Source of the DNA: Nemertoderma westbladi
Taxonomy: Eukaryota > Animalia > Xenacoelomorpha
DNA: 64,000 nucleotides
NCBI GenBank assembly: GCA_032718475.1
Contig: JAUCBJ010001577.1
Span: 1-64,000 of the forward strand
Direction: 5' to 3'
In this document: piece by piece, positions 12,599-26,044 of the stretch
Numbering within the stretch: position 1 is the first letter of the stretch
How the letters are laid out: the number at the start of each line of letters is the position of its first letter
Translations under genes and position numbers: made by a program
The notes under the pieces: generated by a model
The model's input: the letters and a program-made list of their open reading frames with translations, nothing else
Database searches by the model: none
What the model was told of the DNA's origin: nothing

Positions 12599-12976
12599 GA
12601 TGTTAACGACATACTGACTAACAGGGGGTTGGTATGTATATATTAAATTAAGTTAAAGTACGCACCCATATTTTTCACAAATTAATTATTTTTGCCTCAG
12701 TCATACCCCTTTCACGGCGACAAAATTGTCATATATTTTCTTATAGAATATAGGCTTAGCTATTGTATTAACGGTATCATTTAGTGTATGGCGGGTAGGC
12801 TTAGGGTTAGGGCTGCGATACATACCTATATGTTTAGCATGTATTTATATTTGTTTGTGTTTGTGTGTTTGTTGTTCTTCGATGACCCTAGGGGTCGAGA
12901 AATATTTTGGGCTAAATGTCCTGATTCTATATTTTTTATTGGGGGTGTAAGACTCCTGTTCTTCCTTTAATTTAAT
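12599..12976 (+). mobile_element. 378-bp insertion with 12-bp TSD (taaagtatattc), probably a retroposed 3' fragment
   Basis: TSD at 12587-12598 and 12977-12988. Ends in a (TTTAA)-like tail. Empty site seen in the sister unit at ~50843. Confidence 0.75.
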
Positions 12977-15257
12977 TAAAGTATATTCCCTATACAATGT
13001 TCTGAAGGGGAGACTGACAGAGAGTCCAACAATAAAACATTTTGCAATAATGTTGACATTAATGTAGCCAACTCACTGTGTACTTAAGTCATTCAGCTTA
13101 CATTAGCAGAGGGAGATATTCCCATAGAGTGCGCATTGGGAAGAGTAATTCAGCTGAGGCAATAATAGATTTCAAACTAAACCAACCAGTTAATATTTGC
13201 TTTGACAGAGTGTCCTAGGGCCTAAACAAACAGTATGGGTGTACTAAGTACAATAATCTTGGCAACCTCATCGATTTATACTAAGCCTTGTGTAGAAACC
13301 CATTACATAAGCCATTTTTCATCACGACACCAGCTGTTATTGGTGTTATTTTACCATTGCGCCTATGGCGTTTTTTCGTTTATGTCTATTTTTCGAGCCC
13401 ACGGCTCATGGACGAAATAGCGGAACATACCAGGGACCTTAGAATCGCGGTATCCAGCCGCTGTGAAAATTTCATCAAAATCGTTAGAGTAGTTTTGGCT
13501 ATAGATTAACCAGCCAGTCAATCAATCAGCAAACAATTCTTACAGTAATGAACCTCTCGGTTCCTAATTTTTCGAGCCCACGGCTCATGGACGAAATAGC
13601 GGAACATACCAGGGACCTTAGAATCGCGGTATCCAGCCGCTGTGAAAATTTCATCAAAATCGTTAGAGTAGTTTTGGCTATAGATTAACCAGCCAGTCAA
13701 TCAATCAGCAAACAATTCTTACAGTAATGAACCTCTCGGTTCCTAACTAGTGACGGGCCTAGCGGCCCGATAAGGAACCGATTTTTTATTTTAAATAAAA
13801 GAGACAACGAGAATTAGTATAGAACTAATAATTATCTAAAAATACAATCATATTTCATACAATAATTATTAATAAATTCGATCCATTATTAGTTGCTCAA
13901 TTCTAGAACAAAATCGACCTGCAACTAGTGAAGACCTCGTTTTAGAATTTCGAAACCACGCTGGTGCGATGCGCAATATCGTGTTTAGTTAATAAATTGA
14001 AAACTCCATCAATTCATGTGCAATCAGTAATAAGAAATCGCGATAAATGTAATTAAATAAAAATTATTCTAGAAAAATTTTCCTCAAAAAGTATGAAATC
14101 TTGGCATTGGTGACGCGAAACTAGGCTAGTGAGATTCAGGATATTGCGTTTAATATAAAAATCGAAAACGCTATCGAATTCTGTAAAGGCGTTAATAAAA
14201 TACTGCAACTTTTTTGAAATTTGTAAAATTCTAGAACTAGAAAAAAATAATTTTTGAACGGCGCTGTTTGGGGTTTCGAAACATGGATAGGCTGAAAGAG
14301 GACATCGAATTAAGTTGAAAAATGAAATCCCCATCGAATTTGGACAAAGCGTTCCGGAGTTATAGCGGATCGAAAAAAATTGACCCCCCCCCCAGTCGCC
14401 AAAAATTTACAGTAATTTAAAATTTTGCAAAAAAAAATTTTTGCGTTATTTTTGATGGCGAATCGATTGGCAGTACTGGCTACGAAAAAATTTTTTTGAA
14501 ATTTTTGGTCAGAAAAAAAAACATGGAAAAAGTATATTCTTAAAAAGATTTGATGTCTTTGCCTATGGTCAGAGAATGATCCAACTCTGTACTTGGCAAT
14601 CGCTCAAATCCATTCAGCTGAATGGCACAGTAGAGTAAACTAAAGTAAATTCCCTATACAATGTTCTGAAGGGGAGACTGACAGAGAGTAATCCAACAAT
14701 AAAACATTTTGCAATAATGTTGGCATTAATGTAGCCAACACACTGTGTACTTAAGTCATTCAGCTTACATTAGCAGAGGGAGATATTCCCATAGAGTGCG
14801 CATTGGGAAGAGTAATTCAGCTGAGGCAATAATAGATTTCAAACTAAACCAACCAGTTAATATTTGCTTTGACAGAGTGTCCTAGGGCCTAAACAAACAG
14901 TATGGGTGTACTAAGTACAATAATCTTGGCAACCTCATCGATTTATACTAAGCCTTGTGTAGAAATCCATTACATAAGCCATTTTTCATCACGACACCAG
15001 CTGTTATTGGTGTTATTTTACCATTGCGCCTATGGCGTTTTTTCGTTTATGTCTATTTTTCGAGCCCACGGCTCATGGACGAAATAGCGGAACATACCAG
15101 GGACCTTAGAATCGCGGTATCCAGCCGCTGTGAAAATTTCATCAAAATCGTTAGAGTAGTTTTGGCTATAGATTAACCAGCCAGCCAGCCAGCCAGTCAG
15201 CTAACAATTCTTACAGTAATGAACCTCTCGGTTCCTAATGAACCTATCGGTTCCTAA

Positions 15258-16740
15258 CTAGTGACGGGCCTAGCGGCCCGATAAGGAACCGACTTTTTAT
15301 TTTAAATAAAAGAGACAACGAGAATTAGTATAGAACTAATAGTTATGTAAAAATACAATCATATTTCATACAATAATTATTAATAAATTCGATATATTAT
15401 TAGTTGCTCAATTCTAGAACAAAATCGACCTGCAACTAGTGAAGACCTCGTTTTGGTAATTTCGAAACCACGCTGGTGCGATGCGCGATATCGTGTTTAG
15501 TTAATAAATTGAAAACTCCATCAATTCATGTGCAACCAGTAATAAGAAATCGCGATAAATGTAATTAAATAAAAATTATTCTAGAAAAATTTTCCTCAAA
15601 AAGTATGAAGTCTTGGCATTGGTGACGCGAAACTAGGCTAGTGAGATTCAGGATATTGCGTTTAATATAAAAATCGAAAACGCTATCGAATTCCGTAAAG
15701 GCGTTAATAAAATACTGCAACTTTTTTGAAATTTGTAAAATTCTAGAACTAGAAAAAAATAATTTTTGAACGGCGCTGTTTGGGGTTTCGAAACATGGAT
15801 AGGCTGAAAGAGGACATCGAATTAAGTTGAAAAATGAAAACCCCATCGAATTTGGACAAAGCGTTCCGGAGTTATAGCGGATCGAAAAAAATTGACCCCC
15901 CCCAGTTGCCAAAAATTTACAGTAATTTAAAATTTTGCAAAAAAAATTTTTTGCGTTATTTTTGATGGCGAATCGATTGGCAGTACTGGCTACGAAAAAT
16001 TTTTTTTGAAATTTTTGGTCAGAAAAAAAAACATTGAAAAAGTATATTCTTAAAAAGATTTGATGTCTTTGCCTATGGTCAGAGAATGATCCAACTCTGT
16101 AACTTGGCAATCGCTCAAATCCATTCAGCTGAATGGCACAGTAGAGTAAACTAAAGTAAATTCCCTATACAATGTTCTGAAGGGGTGACTGACAGAGAGT
16201 AATCCAACAATAAAACATTTTGCAATAATGTTGGCATTAATGTAGCCAACTCACTGTGTACGTAACAGTCATTCAGCTTACATTAGCAGAGTGAGATATT
16301 TCCATAGATTGCATTGGGAAGAGTAATTCAGCTGAGGCGATATTAGATTTCAAACTGAATCAACCAGTTAATATTTGCTTTGACAGAGTGTCCTAGGGCC
16401 TAAACAAACAGTATGGGTGTACTAAGTACAATATTCTTGGCAACCTCATCGATTTATACTAAGCCTTGTGTAGAAATCCATTACATAAGCCATTTTTCAT
16501 CACGAAACCAGCTGTTATTGGTGTTATTTTACCATTGCGCCTATGGCGTTTTTTCGTTTATGTCTATTTTTCGAGCCCACGGCTCATGGACGAAATAGCG
16601 GAACATACCAGGGACCTTAGAATCGCGGTATCTAGCCGCTGTGAAAATTTCATCAAAATCGTTAGAGTAGTTTTGGCTGTAGATCAGTCAGCCAGTCAGC
16701 CACGAGCAATTCTTACAGTAATGAACCTCTCGGTTCCTAA
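15258..16740 (-). mobile_element. Representative type-A non-autonomous unit (1483 bp)
   Basis: Minus strand: 5'-TTAGGAACCGAGAGGTTC (subTIR plus hairpin), then (CTGG/CTGA)n, the body, and TCGGTTCCT-tat-CGGGCC-gcta-GGCCCG-tca-CTAG-3'. Confidence 0.85.
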
Positions 16741-18178
16741 CTAGTGACGGGCCTAGAGGCCCGATAAGGAACCGACTTTTTATTTTAAATGAAAGAGACA
16801 ACGAGAATTAGTATAGAACTAATAATTATGTAAAAATACAATCATATTTCATACAATAATTATTAATAAATTCGATCTATTATTAGTTGCTCAATTCTAG
16901 AACAACTCGTTTTGGAATTTCGAAACCACGCTGGTGCGATGCGCGATATCGTGTTTAGTTAATAAATTGAAAACTCCGTCAGTTCATGTGCAACCAGTAA
17001 TAAGAAATCGCGATAAAGTAATATAAAAATTTTCCTCAAAAAGTATGAAGTCTTGGCATTGGTGACGCGAAACTAGGCTAGTGAGATTCAGGATATTGCG
17101 TTTAATATAAAAATCGAAAACGCTATCGAATTCCGTAAAGGCGTTAATAAAATACTGCAACTTTTTTGAAATTTGTAAAATTCTAGAACTAGAAAAAATT
17201 AATTTTTGAACGGCGCTGTTTGGGGTTTCGAAACATGGATAGGCTGAAAGAGGACATCGAATTAAGTTGAAAAATGAAAACCCCATCGAATTTGGACAAA
17301 GCGTTCTGGAGTTATAGCGGATCGAAAAAAATTGACCCCCCCCCATTTGCCAAAAATTTACAGTAATTTAAAATTTTGCAAAAAAAATTTTTTGCGTTAT
17401 TTTTGATGGTGAATCGATTGGCAGTACTGGCTACGAAAAATTTTTTTTTTAAATTTTTGGTCAGAAAAAAAAACATGGAAAAAGTATATTTTTAAAAAGA
17501 TTTGATGTCTTTGCCTATGGTCAGAGAATGATCCAACTCTGTAACTTGGCAATCGCTCAAATCCATTCAGCTGAATGGCACAGTAGAGTAAACTAAAGTA
17601 AATTCCCTATACAATGTTCTGAAGGGGTGACTGACAGAGAGTAATCCAACAATAAAACATTTTGCAATAATGTTGGCATTAATGTAGCCAACTCACTGTG
17701 TATGTAACAGTCATTCAGCTTACATTAGCAGAGTGAGATATTCCCATAGATTGCATTGGGAAGAGTAATTCAGCTGAGGCGATATTAGATTTCAAACTAA
17801 ACCAACCAGTTAACAGAGTGTCCTAAGGCCTAAACAAACAGTATTGGTGTACTAAGTGAATAATCTTGGCAACCTCATCGATTTATACTAAGCCTTGTGT
17901 AGAAATCCATTACGTAAGCCATTTTTCATCACGACACCAGCTGTTATTGGTGATATTTTACCATTGCGCCTATGGCGTTTTTTCGTTTATGTCTATTTTT
18001 CGAGCCCACGGCTCATGGACGAAATAGCGGAACATATCAGGGACCTTAGAATCGCGGTATCCAGCCGCTGTGAAAATTTCATCAAAATCGTTAGAGTAGT
18101 TTTGGCTATAGATTAGCCAGCCAGCCAGTCAATCAATCAGCCAACAATTCTTACAGTAATGAACCTCTCGGTTCCTAA

Positions 18179-19266
18179 CTAGAGACGGCGTCAAGACGCC
18201 GTTAAGCAAGTCGGAAGTCATCAATCAAATATAAATTCCCTCAACAATGTTTACCTATGGTCAGAATGGAAGGGCTATTTACCTATGGTCAGAGAGAGAT
18301 CCCACTCTGTAATTTGGCAATTGCTCAAATTCATTCAGTTGAATGGCACAGTAGAGTGAACTAAACTAAATTCCCTCAACAATGTTTGGCTATGGTCTGA
18401 AAGAACTAACAGTCATTCAGCTTGCACAATGTCAATCACCTACAGTATAAAACATTTAGAATGCCACAGTGTGTATCCTGATACAGATAATAAGCAGTGA
18501 TATATATATTTCAAACTATAATCTTAGTGTTAGCCTTACACAGTATCAGTATGAGGCTGAGTAAACATTCCACCTTATAAGCATACTGCCTCCACAGAAT
18601 TAATGTTTGCCGAAAGATTTAAAAATAAAACAATTATTATTATAAATACAGTGCAATCCAATAGTACCCAACACACTGTGTAACTAACAGTCAATCAGCT
18701 TACACGTCAATTAACATAGAAGAGAGAGTAACCTTGTAGATCGCCATAGAAAGCATTGGGAAGAGTTATTCAGCTGAGGCTGTAATAGCCGGCTAACCCA
18801 GTGAATGATTATAAAGTTGGCACTGTATGTACTTCCTTGTTAGGTGGCTCCCTATAGAATAGCAAACCAACCAGTTGATGTTTGTTTGCACAGAGTGGTT
18901 GGTAGGGCCTAAACAAACAGTATGGGTGTACTAAGTATAATACTCTTGGCAACCTCATCTATTTAATACTAAGCCTTGTGTAGAATTGCATTACATAAGT
19001 CATTTTTCATCAGGACACCAGCTGTCATGGGTGTTATTTTACCATTGCGCCTATGGCGTTTTTTTCGTTTATCTCTATTTTTCGAGCCCAGAGGCTATGG
19101 ACGGAGTAGCCGATCATGCCAGGGACCTTAGAATCGCGGTATCTAGATGCTGTGAAAATTTCATCAAAATCGTTAGAGTAGTTTTGGCTGTAGATCAGCC
19201 AGTCAGCCAGCCAGCCAGTCAATCAGCCAACAATTCTTACAGTAATCAAGTCTAACGACTTGCTAA
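18179..19266 (-). mobile_element. Complete type-B non-autonomous unit (1088 bp)
   Basis: Minus strand: 5'-TTAGCAAGTCGTTAGACTTG ... CGACTTGCT-ta-ACGGCGTC-tt-GACGCCGT-ct-CTAG-3'. Confidence 0.85.
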
Positions 19267-22259
19267 CTAGTGACGGGCCTAGCGGCCCGATAAGGAACCG
19301 ACTTTTTATTTTAAATAAAAGAGACAACGAGAATAAATATAGAACTAATCATTATGTAAAAATACAATCATATTTCATACAATAATTATTAATAAATTCA
19401 ATCAATTATTAGTTGCTCAATTCTAGAACAAAAACGACATGCAACTAGTGAAGACCTCGTTTTGGAATTTCGAAACCACGCTGGTGCGATGCGCGATATC
19501 GTGTTTAGTTAATAAATTGAAAACTCCATCAATTCATGTGCAACCAGTAATAAGAAATCGCGATAAATGTAATTAAATAAAAATTATTCTAGAAAAATTT
19601 TCCTCAAAAAGTATGAAGTCTTGGCATTGGTGACGCGAAACTAGGCTAGTGAGATTCAGGATATTGCGTTTAATATAAAAATCGAAAACGCTATCAAATT
19701 CCGTAAAGGCATTAATAAAATACTGCAACTTTTTTGAAATTTGTAAAATTCTAGAACTAGAAACAATTAATTTTTGAACGGTGCTGTTTGGGGTTTCGAA
19801 AAATGGATAGGCCTAAAGAGGACGTCGAATTAAGTTGAAAAATAAAAACCCCATCGAATTTGGACAAAGCGTTCCGGAGTTATAGCGGATCGAAAAAAAT
19901 TGACCCCCCCCCCAGTCGCCAAAAATTTACAGTAATTTAAAATTTTGCAAAAAAAATTTTTTGCGTTATTTTTGATGGCGAATCGATTGGCAGTACTGGC
20001 TACAAAAATTTTTTTTTGAAATTTTTGGTCAGAAAAAAAAACATGGAATAAGTATCTTTTTAAAAAGATTTGATGTCTTTGCCTATGGTCAGAGAATGAT
20101 CCAACTCTGTAACTTGGCAATTGCTCAAATCCATTCAGCTGAATGGCACAGTAGAGTAAACTAAAGTAAATTCCCTATACAATGTTCTGAAGGGGAGACT
20201 GACAGAGAGTAATCCAACAATAAAACATTTTGCAATAATGTTGGCATTAATGTAGCCAACACACTACTGCGTACTAAACCGTCATTCAGCTTACATTAGC
20301 AGAGGGAGAAACTTGGATACTCAACTAGAATGCATTGGGAAGAGTTATTCAGCTGAGGCAATAATAGATTTCAAACTAAACCAACCAGTTTATATTTGCT
20401 TTGACAGGGCCTAAACAAACAGTATGGGTGTACTGAGTACAATAATCTTGGCAACCTCATCGATTTATACTAAGCCTTGTGTAGAAATGCATTACATAAG
20501 CCATTTTTCATCAGGACACCAGCTGTCATGGGTGATATTTTACCATTGCGCCTATGGCGTTTTTTCGTTTATCCCTATTTTTCGAGCCCACGGCTCATGG
20601 ACGAAATAGCGGAACATACCAGGGACCTTAGAATCGTGGTATCCAGCCGCTGTGAAAATTTCATCAAAATCGTTAGAGTAGTTTTGGCTATAGATTAGCC
20701 AGCCAGCCAGTCAGCCAACAATTCTTACAGTAATGAACCTCTCGGTTCCTAACTAGTGACGGGCCTAGCGGCCCGATAAGGAACCGACTTTTTATTTTAA
20801 ATAAAAGAGACAACGAGAATTAGAATAGAACTAATAATTATGTAAAAATACAATCATATTTCATACAATAATTATTAATAAATTCGATCTATTATTAGTT
20901 TCTCAATTCTAGAACAAAATCGACCTGCAACTAGTGAAGACCTCGTTTTGGAATTTCGAAACAACGCTGGTGCGATGCGCGATATCGTGTTTAGTTAATA
21001 AAGTGAAAACTCCATCAATTCATGTGCAACCAGTAATAAGAAATCGCGATAAATGTAATTTGAATAAAAATTATTCTAGAAAAATTTTCCTCAAAAAGTA
21101 TGAAGTCTTGGCATTGGTGACGCGAAACTAGGCTAGTGAGATTCAGGATATTGCGTTTAATATAAAAATCGAAAACGCTATCGAATTCCGTAAAGGCGTT
21201 AATAAAATACTGCAACTTTTTTGAAATTTGTAAAATTCTAGAACTAGAAAAAATTTATTTTTGAACGGCGCTGTTTGGGGTTTCGAAACATGGATAGGCT
21301 GAAAGAGGACATCGAATTAAGTTGAAAAATGAAAACCCCATCGAATTTGGACAAAGCGTTCCGGAGTTATAGCGGATCGAAAAAAATTGACCCCCCCCAG
21401 TCGCCAAAAATTTACAGTAATTTAAAATTTTGCAAAAAAAAATTTTTGCGTTATTTTTGATGGCGAATCGATTGGCAGTACTGGCTAAGAAAAAATTTTT
21501 TTTGAAATTTTTGGTCAGAAAAAAAAACATGGAAAAAGTATATTTTTAAAAAGATTTGATGTCTTTGCCTATGGTCAGAGAATGATCCAACTCTGTAACT
21601 TGGCAATCGCTCAAATCCATTCAGCTGAATGGCACAGTAGAGTAAACTAAAGTAAATTCCCTATACAATGTTCTGAAGGGGAGACTGACAGAGAGTAATC
21701 CAACAATAAAACATTTTGCAATAATGTTGGCATTAATGTAGCCAACTCACTGTGTACGTAAGAGTCATTCAGCTTACATTAGCAGAGTGAGATATTCGCA
21801 TAGATTTGCATTGGGAAGAGTAATTCAGCTGAGGCGATATTAGATTTCAAACTAAACCAACTCGTTAATGTTTGCTTTGACAGAGAGTGGTGGCCTATAC
21901 AAACAGTATGGGTGTACTAAGTACAATAATCTTGGCAACCTCATCGATTTATACTAAGCCTTGTGTAGAAATCCATTACATAAGCCATTTTTCATCCTGA
22001 CACCAGCTGTTATTGGTGTTATTTTACCATTGCGTCTATGGCGTTTTTTCGTTTATGTCTATTTTTCGAGCCCACGGCTCATGGACGAAATAGCGGAACA
22101 TACCAGGGACCTTAGAATCGCGGTATCTAGCCGCTGTGAAAATTTCATCAAAATCGTTAGAGTAGTTTTGGCTGTAGATCAGTCAGCCAGCCAGTCAGCC
22201 AGCCAGCCAGCCAGTCAGTCAACAATTCTTACAGTAATGAACCTCTCGGTTCCTAATAA

Positions 22260-22625
22260 CTAGAGACGGCGACAAGACGCCGTTAAGCAAGTCGGAAGTC
22301 ATCAATCAAATGTAAATTCCCTCAACAATGTTTACCTATGGTCAGAATGTAAGTGCTATTTACCTATGGTCAGAGAGAGATCCCACTCTGTAATTTGGCA
22401 ATTGCTCAAATTCATTCAGTTGAATGGCACAGTAGAGTGAACTCAACCTCAACAATTCCCTCAACAATGTTTGCCTATGGTCTGAAAGAACTAACTGTCA
22501 TTCAGCTTGCACAATGTCAATCACCTACAGTATAAAACATTTAGAATGCCACAGTGGGCAGTCAGTCAGTCAGCCAGTCAGTCAGTCAACAATTCTTACA
22601 GTAATCAAGTCTAACGACTTGCTAA
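22260..22625 (-). mobile_element. Internally deleted mini type-B unit (366 bp) with both termini
   Basis: Starts ctagagacggcgacaagacgccg and jumps from gccacagtg directly to the (CAGT/CAGC)n tract and gacttgctaa. Confidence 0.8.
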
Positions 22626-24283
22626 TTTTAAATAAAAGAGACAACGAGGATTAGTATAGAACTAATAATTATGTAAAAATACAATCATATTTCATACAAT
22701 AATTATTAATAAATTCGATCTATTATTAGTTGCTCAATTCTAGAACAAAATCGACCTGCAACTAGTGAAGACCTCGTTTTGGAATTTCGAAACCACGCTG
22801 GTGCGATGCGCGATATCGTGTTTAGTTAATAAATTGAAACCTCCATCAATTCATGTGCAACCAGTAATAAGAAATCGCGATAAATGTAATTAAATAAAAA
22901 TTATTCTAGAAAAATTTTCCTCAAAAAGTATGAAGTCTTGGCATTGGTGACGCGAAACTAGGCTAGTGAGTTTCAGGATATTGCGTTTAATATAAAAATC
23001 GAAAACGCTATCGAATTCCGTAAAGGCGTTAATAAAATACTGCAACTTTTTTGAAATTTGTAAAATTCTAGAACTAGAAAAAATTAATTTTTGAACGGTG
23101 CTGTTTGGGGTTTCGAAAAATGGATAGGCTGAAAGAGGACATCGAATTAAGTTGAAAAATAAAAACCCCATCGAATTTGGACAAAGCGTTCCGGAGTTAT
23201 AGCGGATCGAAAAAAATTGACCCCCCCAGTCGCCAAAAATTTACAGTAATTTAAAATTTTGCAAAAAAATTTTTTTGCGTTATTTTTGATGGCGAATCGA
23301 TTGGCAGTACTGGCTACAAAAATTTTTTTTTGAAATTTTTGGTCAGAAAAAAAAACATGGAAAAAGTATATTTTTAAAAAGATTTGATGTCTTTGCCTAT
23401 GGTCAGAGAATGATCCAACTCTGTAACTTGGCAATTGCTCAAATCCATTCAGCTGAATGGCACAGAAGAGTAAACTAAAGTAAATTCCCTATACAATGTT
23501 CTGAAGGGGAGACTGACAGAGAGTAATCCAACAATAAAACATTTTGCAATAATGTTGGCATTAATGTAGCCAACACACTGTGTACTAAACCGTCATTCAG
23601 CTTACATTAGCAGAGGGAGAAACTTGGATACTCAACTAGAATGCATTGGGAAGAGTTATTCAGCTGAGGCAATAATAGATTTCAAACTAAACCAACCAGT
23701 TTATATTTGCTTTGACAGGGCCTAAACAAACAGTATGGGTGTACTAAGTATAATACTCTTGGCAACCTCATCGATTTATTACTAAGCCTTGTGTAGAAAT
23801 CCATTACATAAGCCATTTTTCATCAGGACACCAGCTGTCATTGGTGTTATTTTACCATTGCGCCTATGGCGTTTTTTCGTTTATCTCTATTTTTCGAGCC
23901 CAGAGGCTATGGACGGAGTAGCCGATCATACCAGGGACCTTAGAATCGTGGTATCTAGTCGCTGTGAAAATTTCATCAAATTCGTTAGAGCAGTTTTGGC
24001 TGTAGATCAGTCAGTCAGTCAGCCAGTCAGCCAGTCAGTCAACAATTCTTACAGTAATCAAGTCTAACGACTTGCTGACCTTAGAATCGTGGTATCTAGT
24101 CGCTGTGAAAATTTCATCAAATTCGTTAGAGCAGTTTTGGCTGTAGATCAGTCAGTCAGTCAGCCAGTCAGCCAGTCAGTCAACAATTCTTACAGTAATC
24201 AAGTCTAACGACTTGCTAACTAGTGACGGGCCTAGTGGCCCGATAAGGAACCGACTTTTTATTTCAAATAAAAGAGACAACGA

Positions 24284-25360
24284 GCTCGGCTCGGTCTGGC
24301 ATGATTGGGCCCGATTCAGTTCGACTTGGCTTGATCGGCTCGGTTTGGCTCGACTCGGCTTGATTGGGCTCGACTCGACTCAGCTCGATTCGGCTCAATC
24401 GGCTTGATTGGGTTCGACTCGGCTCGGTCCGGCTCGACTTGGCTCAATTGGGCTCGACTCGGCTCGATTGGTCTCGACTCTGCTCGGTAGGGCACGAATC
24501 GGCTCAATTGGGATTGATTGGGCTTGACTCGGCTCGATTTGGCTCAACTTGGCTCAGTCCGGCTAGACTGGGCTCGGTCCGGCTCAGTCTGGCTCGACTC
24601 GGCTTGATTAGGCTCAACTCGGCTATGTCCGGCTCGTCTCAGCTTGATTGGGCTCGACTCGGCTTGATTGGGCTCGACTTGACACATCTCGATTCGGCTC
24701 AATCGGCTTGATTGGGTTCGACTCGGCTCGGTCCGGCTCGTTCCGGCTCGACTTGGCTCGATTGGGCTCGACTCGGCTCGATTGGGCTCGAATCGGCTCG
24801 ATTGGGATTGATTGAGCTTGACTCGGCTTGATTTGGCTCAACTTGGCTCAGTCCGGCTCGACTTAGGCTTGATTGGGCTCGACTCGGCTCTATTGGGCTC
24901 GACTCGATTCGATTGGGCTCGACTCGGCTTGATTGGGCTCGACTCGACTCAGTCCAGCTCAATTTGGCGTGACATGGCTCAATTGGGCTCGGTCTGAGTC
25001 GACTCAGCTCGATTCGGCTCAATCGGCTCGATTGGGTTCAACTCGGCTCGGTCTGGCTCGACTTGGCTCAATCCGCTCGACTCGGCTCGATTGGGATTGA
25101 TTGGGCTTGACTCGGCTCGATTTGTCTCAACTTGGCTCAGTCTGGCTCGATTGGGCTCGGTCCGGCTCAATTAGGCTCGACTAGGATTGATTGGACTAGA
25201 CTCGGCTCTATTGGGCTTGCCTCGCCACAGTCTGGCTCGACTAGGCTTGATTTGGCTCAACTCGGCTCCGTTCGGCTTGACTCAGCTCGATTGGGCTCGA
25301 CTCGGCTTGATCGCCTCGATTGGTTCTATTCGGCTCGATCAGTATGATTCGGCTCGATTG
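24284..25360. repeat. Degenerate pentamer satellite (CTCGG/CTCGA/TTGGG/CTTGA)
   Basis: Strict 5-bp periodicity. Related tracts at 27031-28183, 29427-30824, 32189-33013 and 34019-35480. Confidence 0.9.
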
Positions 25361-25476
25361 ACACACGCTGCTGGAATGGTCAAAGCCAAACTCATGTGCT
25401 GCTCGAAGGGACAAAGTCAAACAGTGTGCCTATTATTTGATGTAACTCACGTGCTGCTCGAAGGGCGCAACATCAT

Positions 25477-26044
25477 TTATTTAATTTAATTTAATTTAAT
25501 TTCGTACACCAAATATACAGATGGGTACACAAAGCACAATAGGTTAATAATACAAGCACTATTATAAAATAATATGATATGTCTAAGTACTGCAGATCTA
25601 AGAAGGTAATTAATTATGATGAAGATACACTATTTAAAATATTACTCAATTCCTGGCGGGTAAAGCCATCTACAATACCTCCGTTGTTTAGGCACCAAAT
25701 AATTTCCCTACAAAAATTAACTCGCCACTTATCTGCGTTCAGTAACGGTACATAAGTAAGATTAGATACCGCACGAGATGTCAGCAATTCAAGATTAAAT
25801 ATGTTACACATGTTTCCTATTTCTCGTAAATTTCTCCCAGACCGGGTACGACAATCAACTAAACATATATTAGCAAGAAAACGAATGCACATTTTGTTAG
25901 ACCTACGTAATGATAAACAAAATGAAACGAAGCGAGAGTAAAGCATAATACACGGGTGTTTAAACTGCACTAGGTTTTCAACAATATATCGATGAGAATT
26001 AAATGGTAATCCAAAAATCATTCTAACATTTACATTCCAGGTGC
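25477..26044 (-). mobile_element. 5'-truncated non-LTR retrotransposon (3' end of an RT-type ORF plus 3' UTR and (TTAAA)n tail)
   Basis: ORF 25614..26048 (WNVNVRMIFGLPFNSHRYIVE...) resembles post-RT regions of invertebrate LINEs. Tail at 25477-25502. Interrupts gcaacatcatatatcaaggg, which is intact at ~28291. No TSD. Confidence 0.65.

Noticed and set aside
12795-12812. Telomeric TTAGGG
   Set aside because: Only about two copies, inside a TSD-flanked insert.
13720-13800. Array as spliced-leader RNA or snRNA gene repeats (CRE/NeSL elements often target SL genes; there is a GTAAT, a stem-loop and a T-run)
   Set aside because: The stem spans the junction of two units and disappears at A/B junctions. 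The nested B insertion shows these are element termini. There is no convincing Sm site at the expected position. An Infernal search or SL-containing reads would overturn this.
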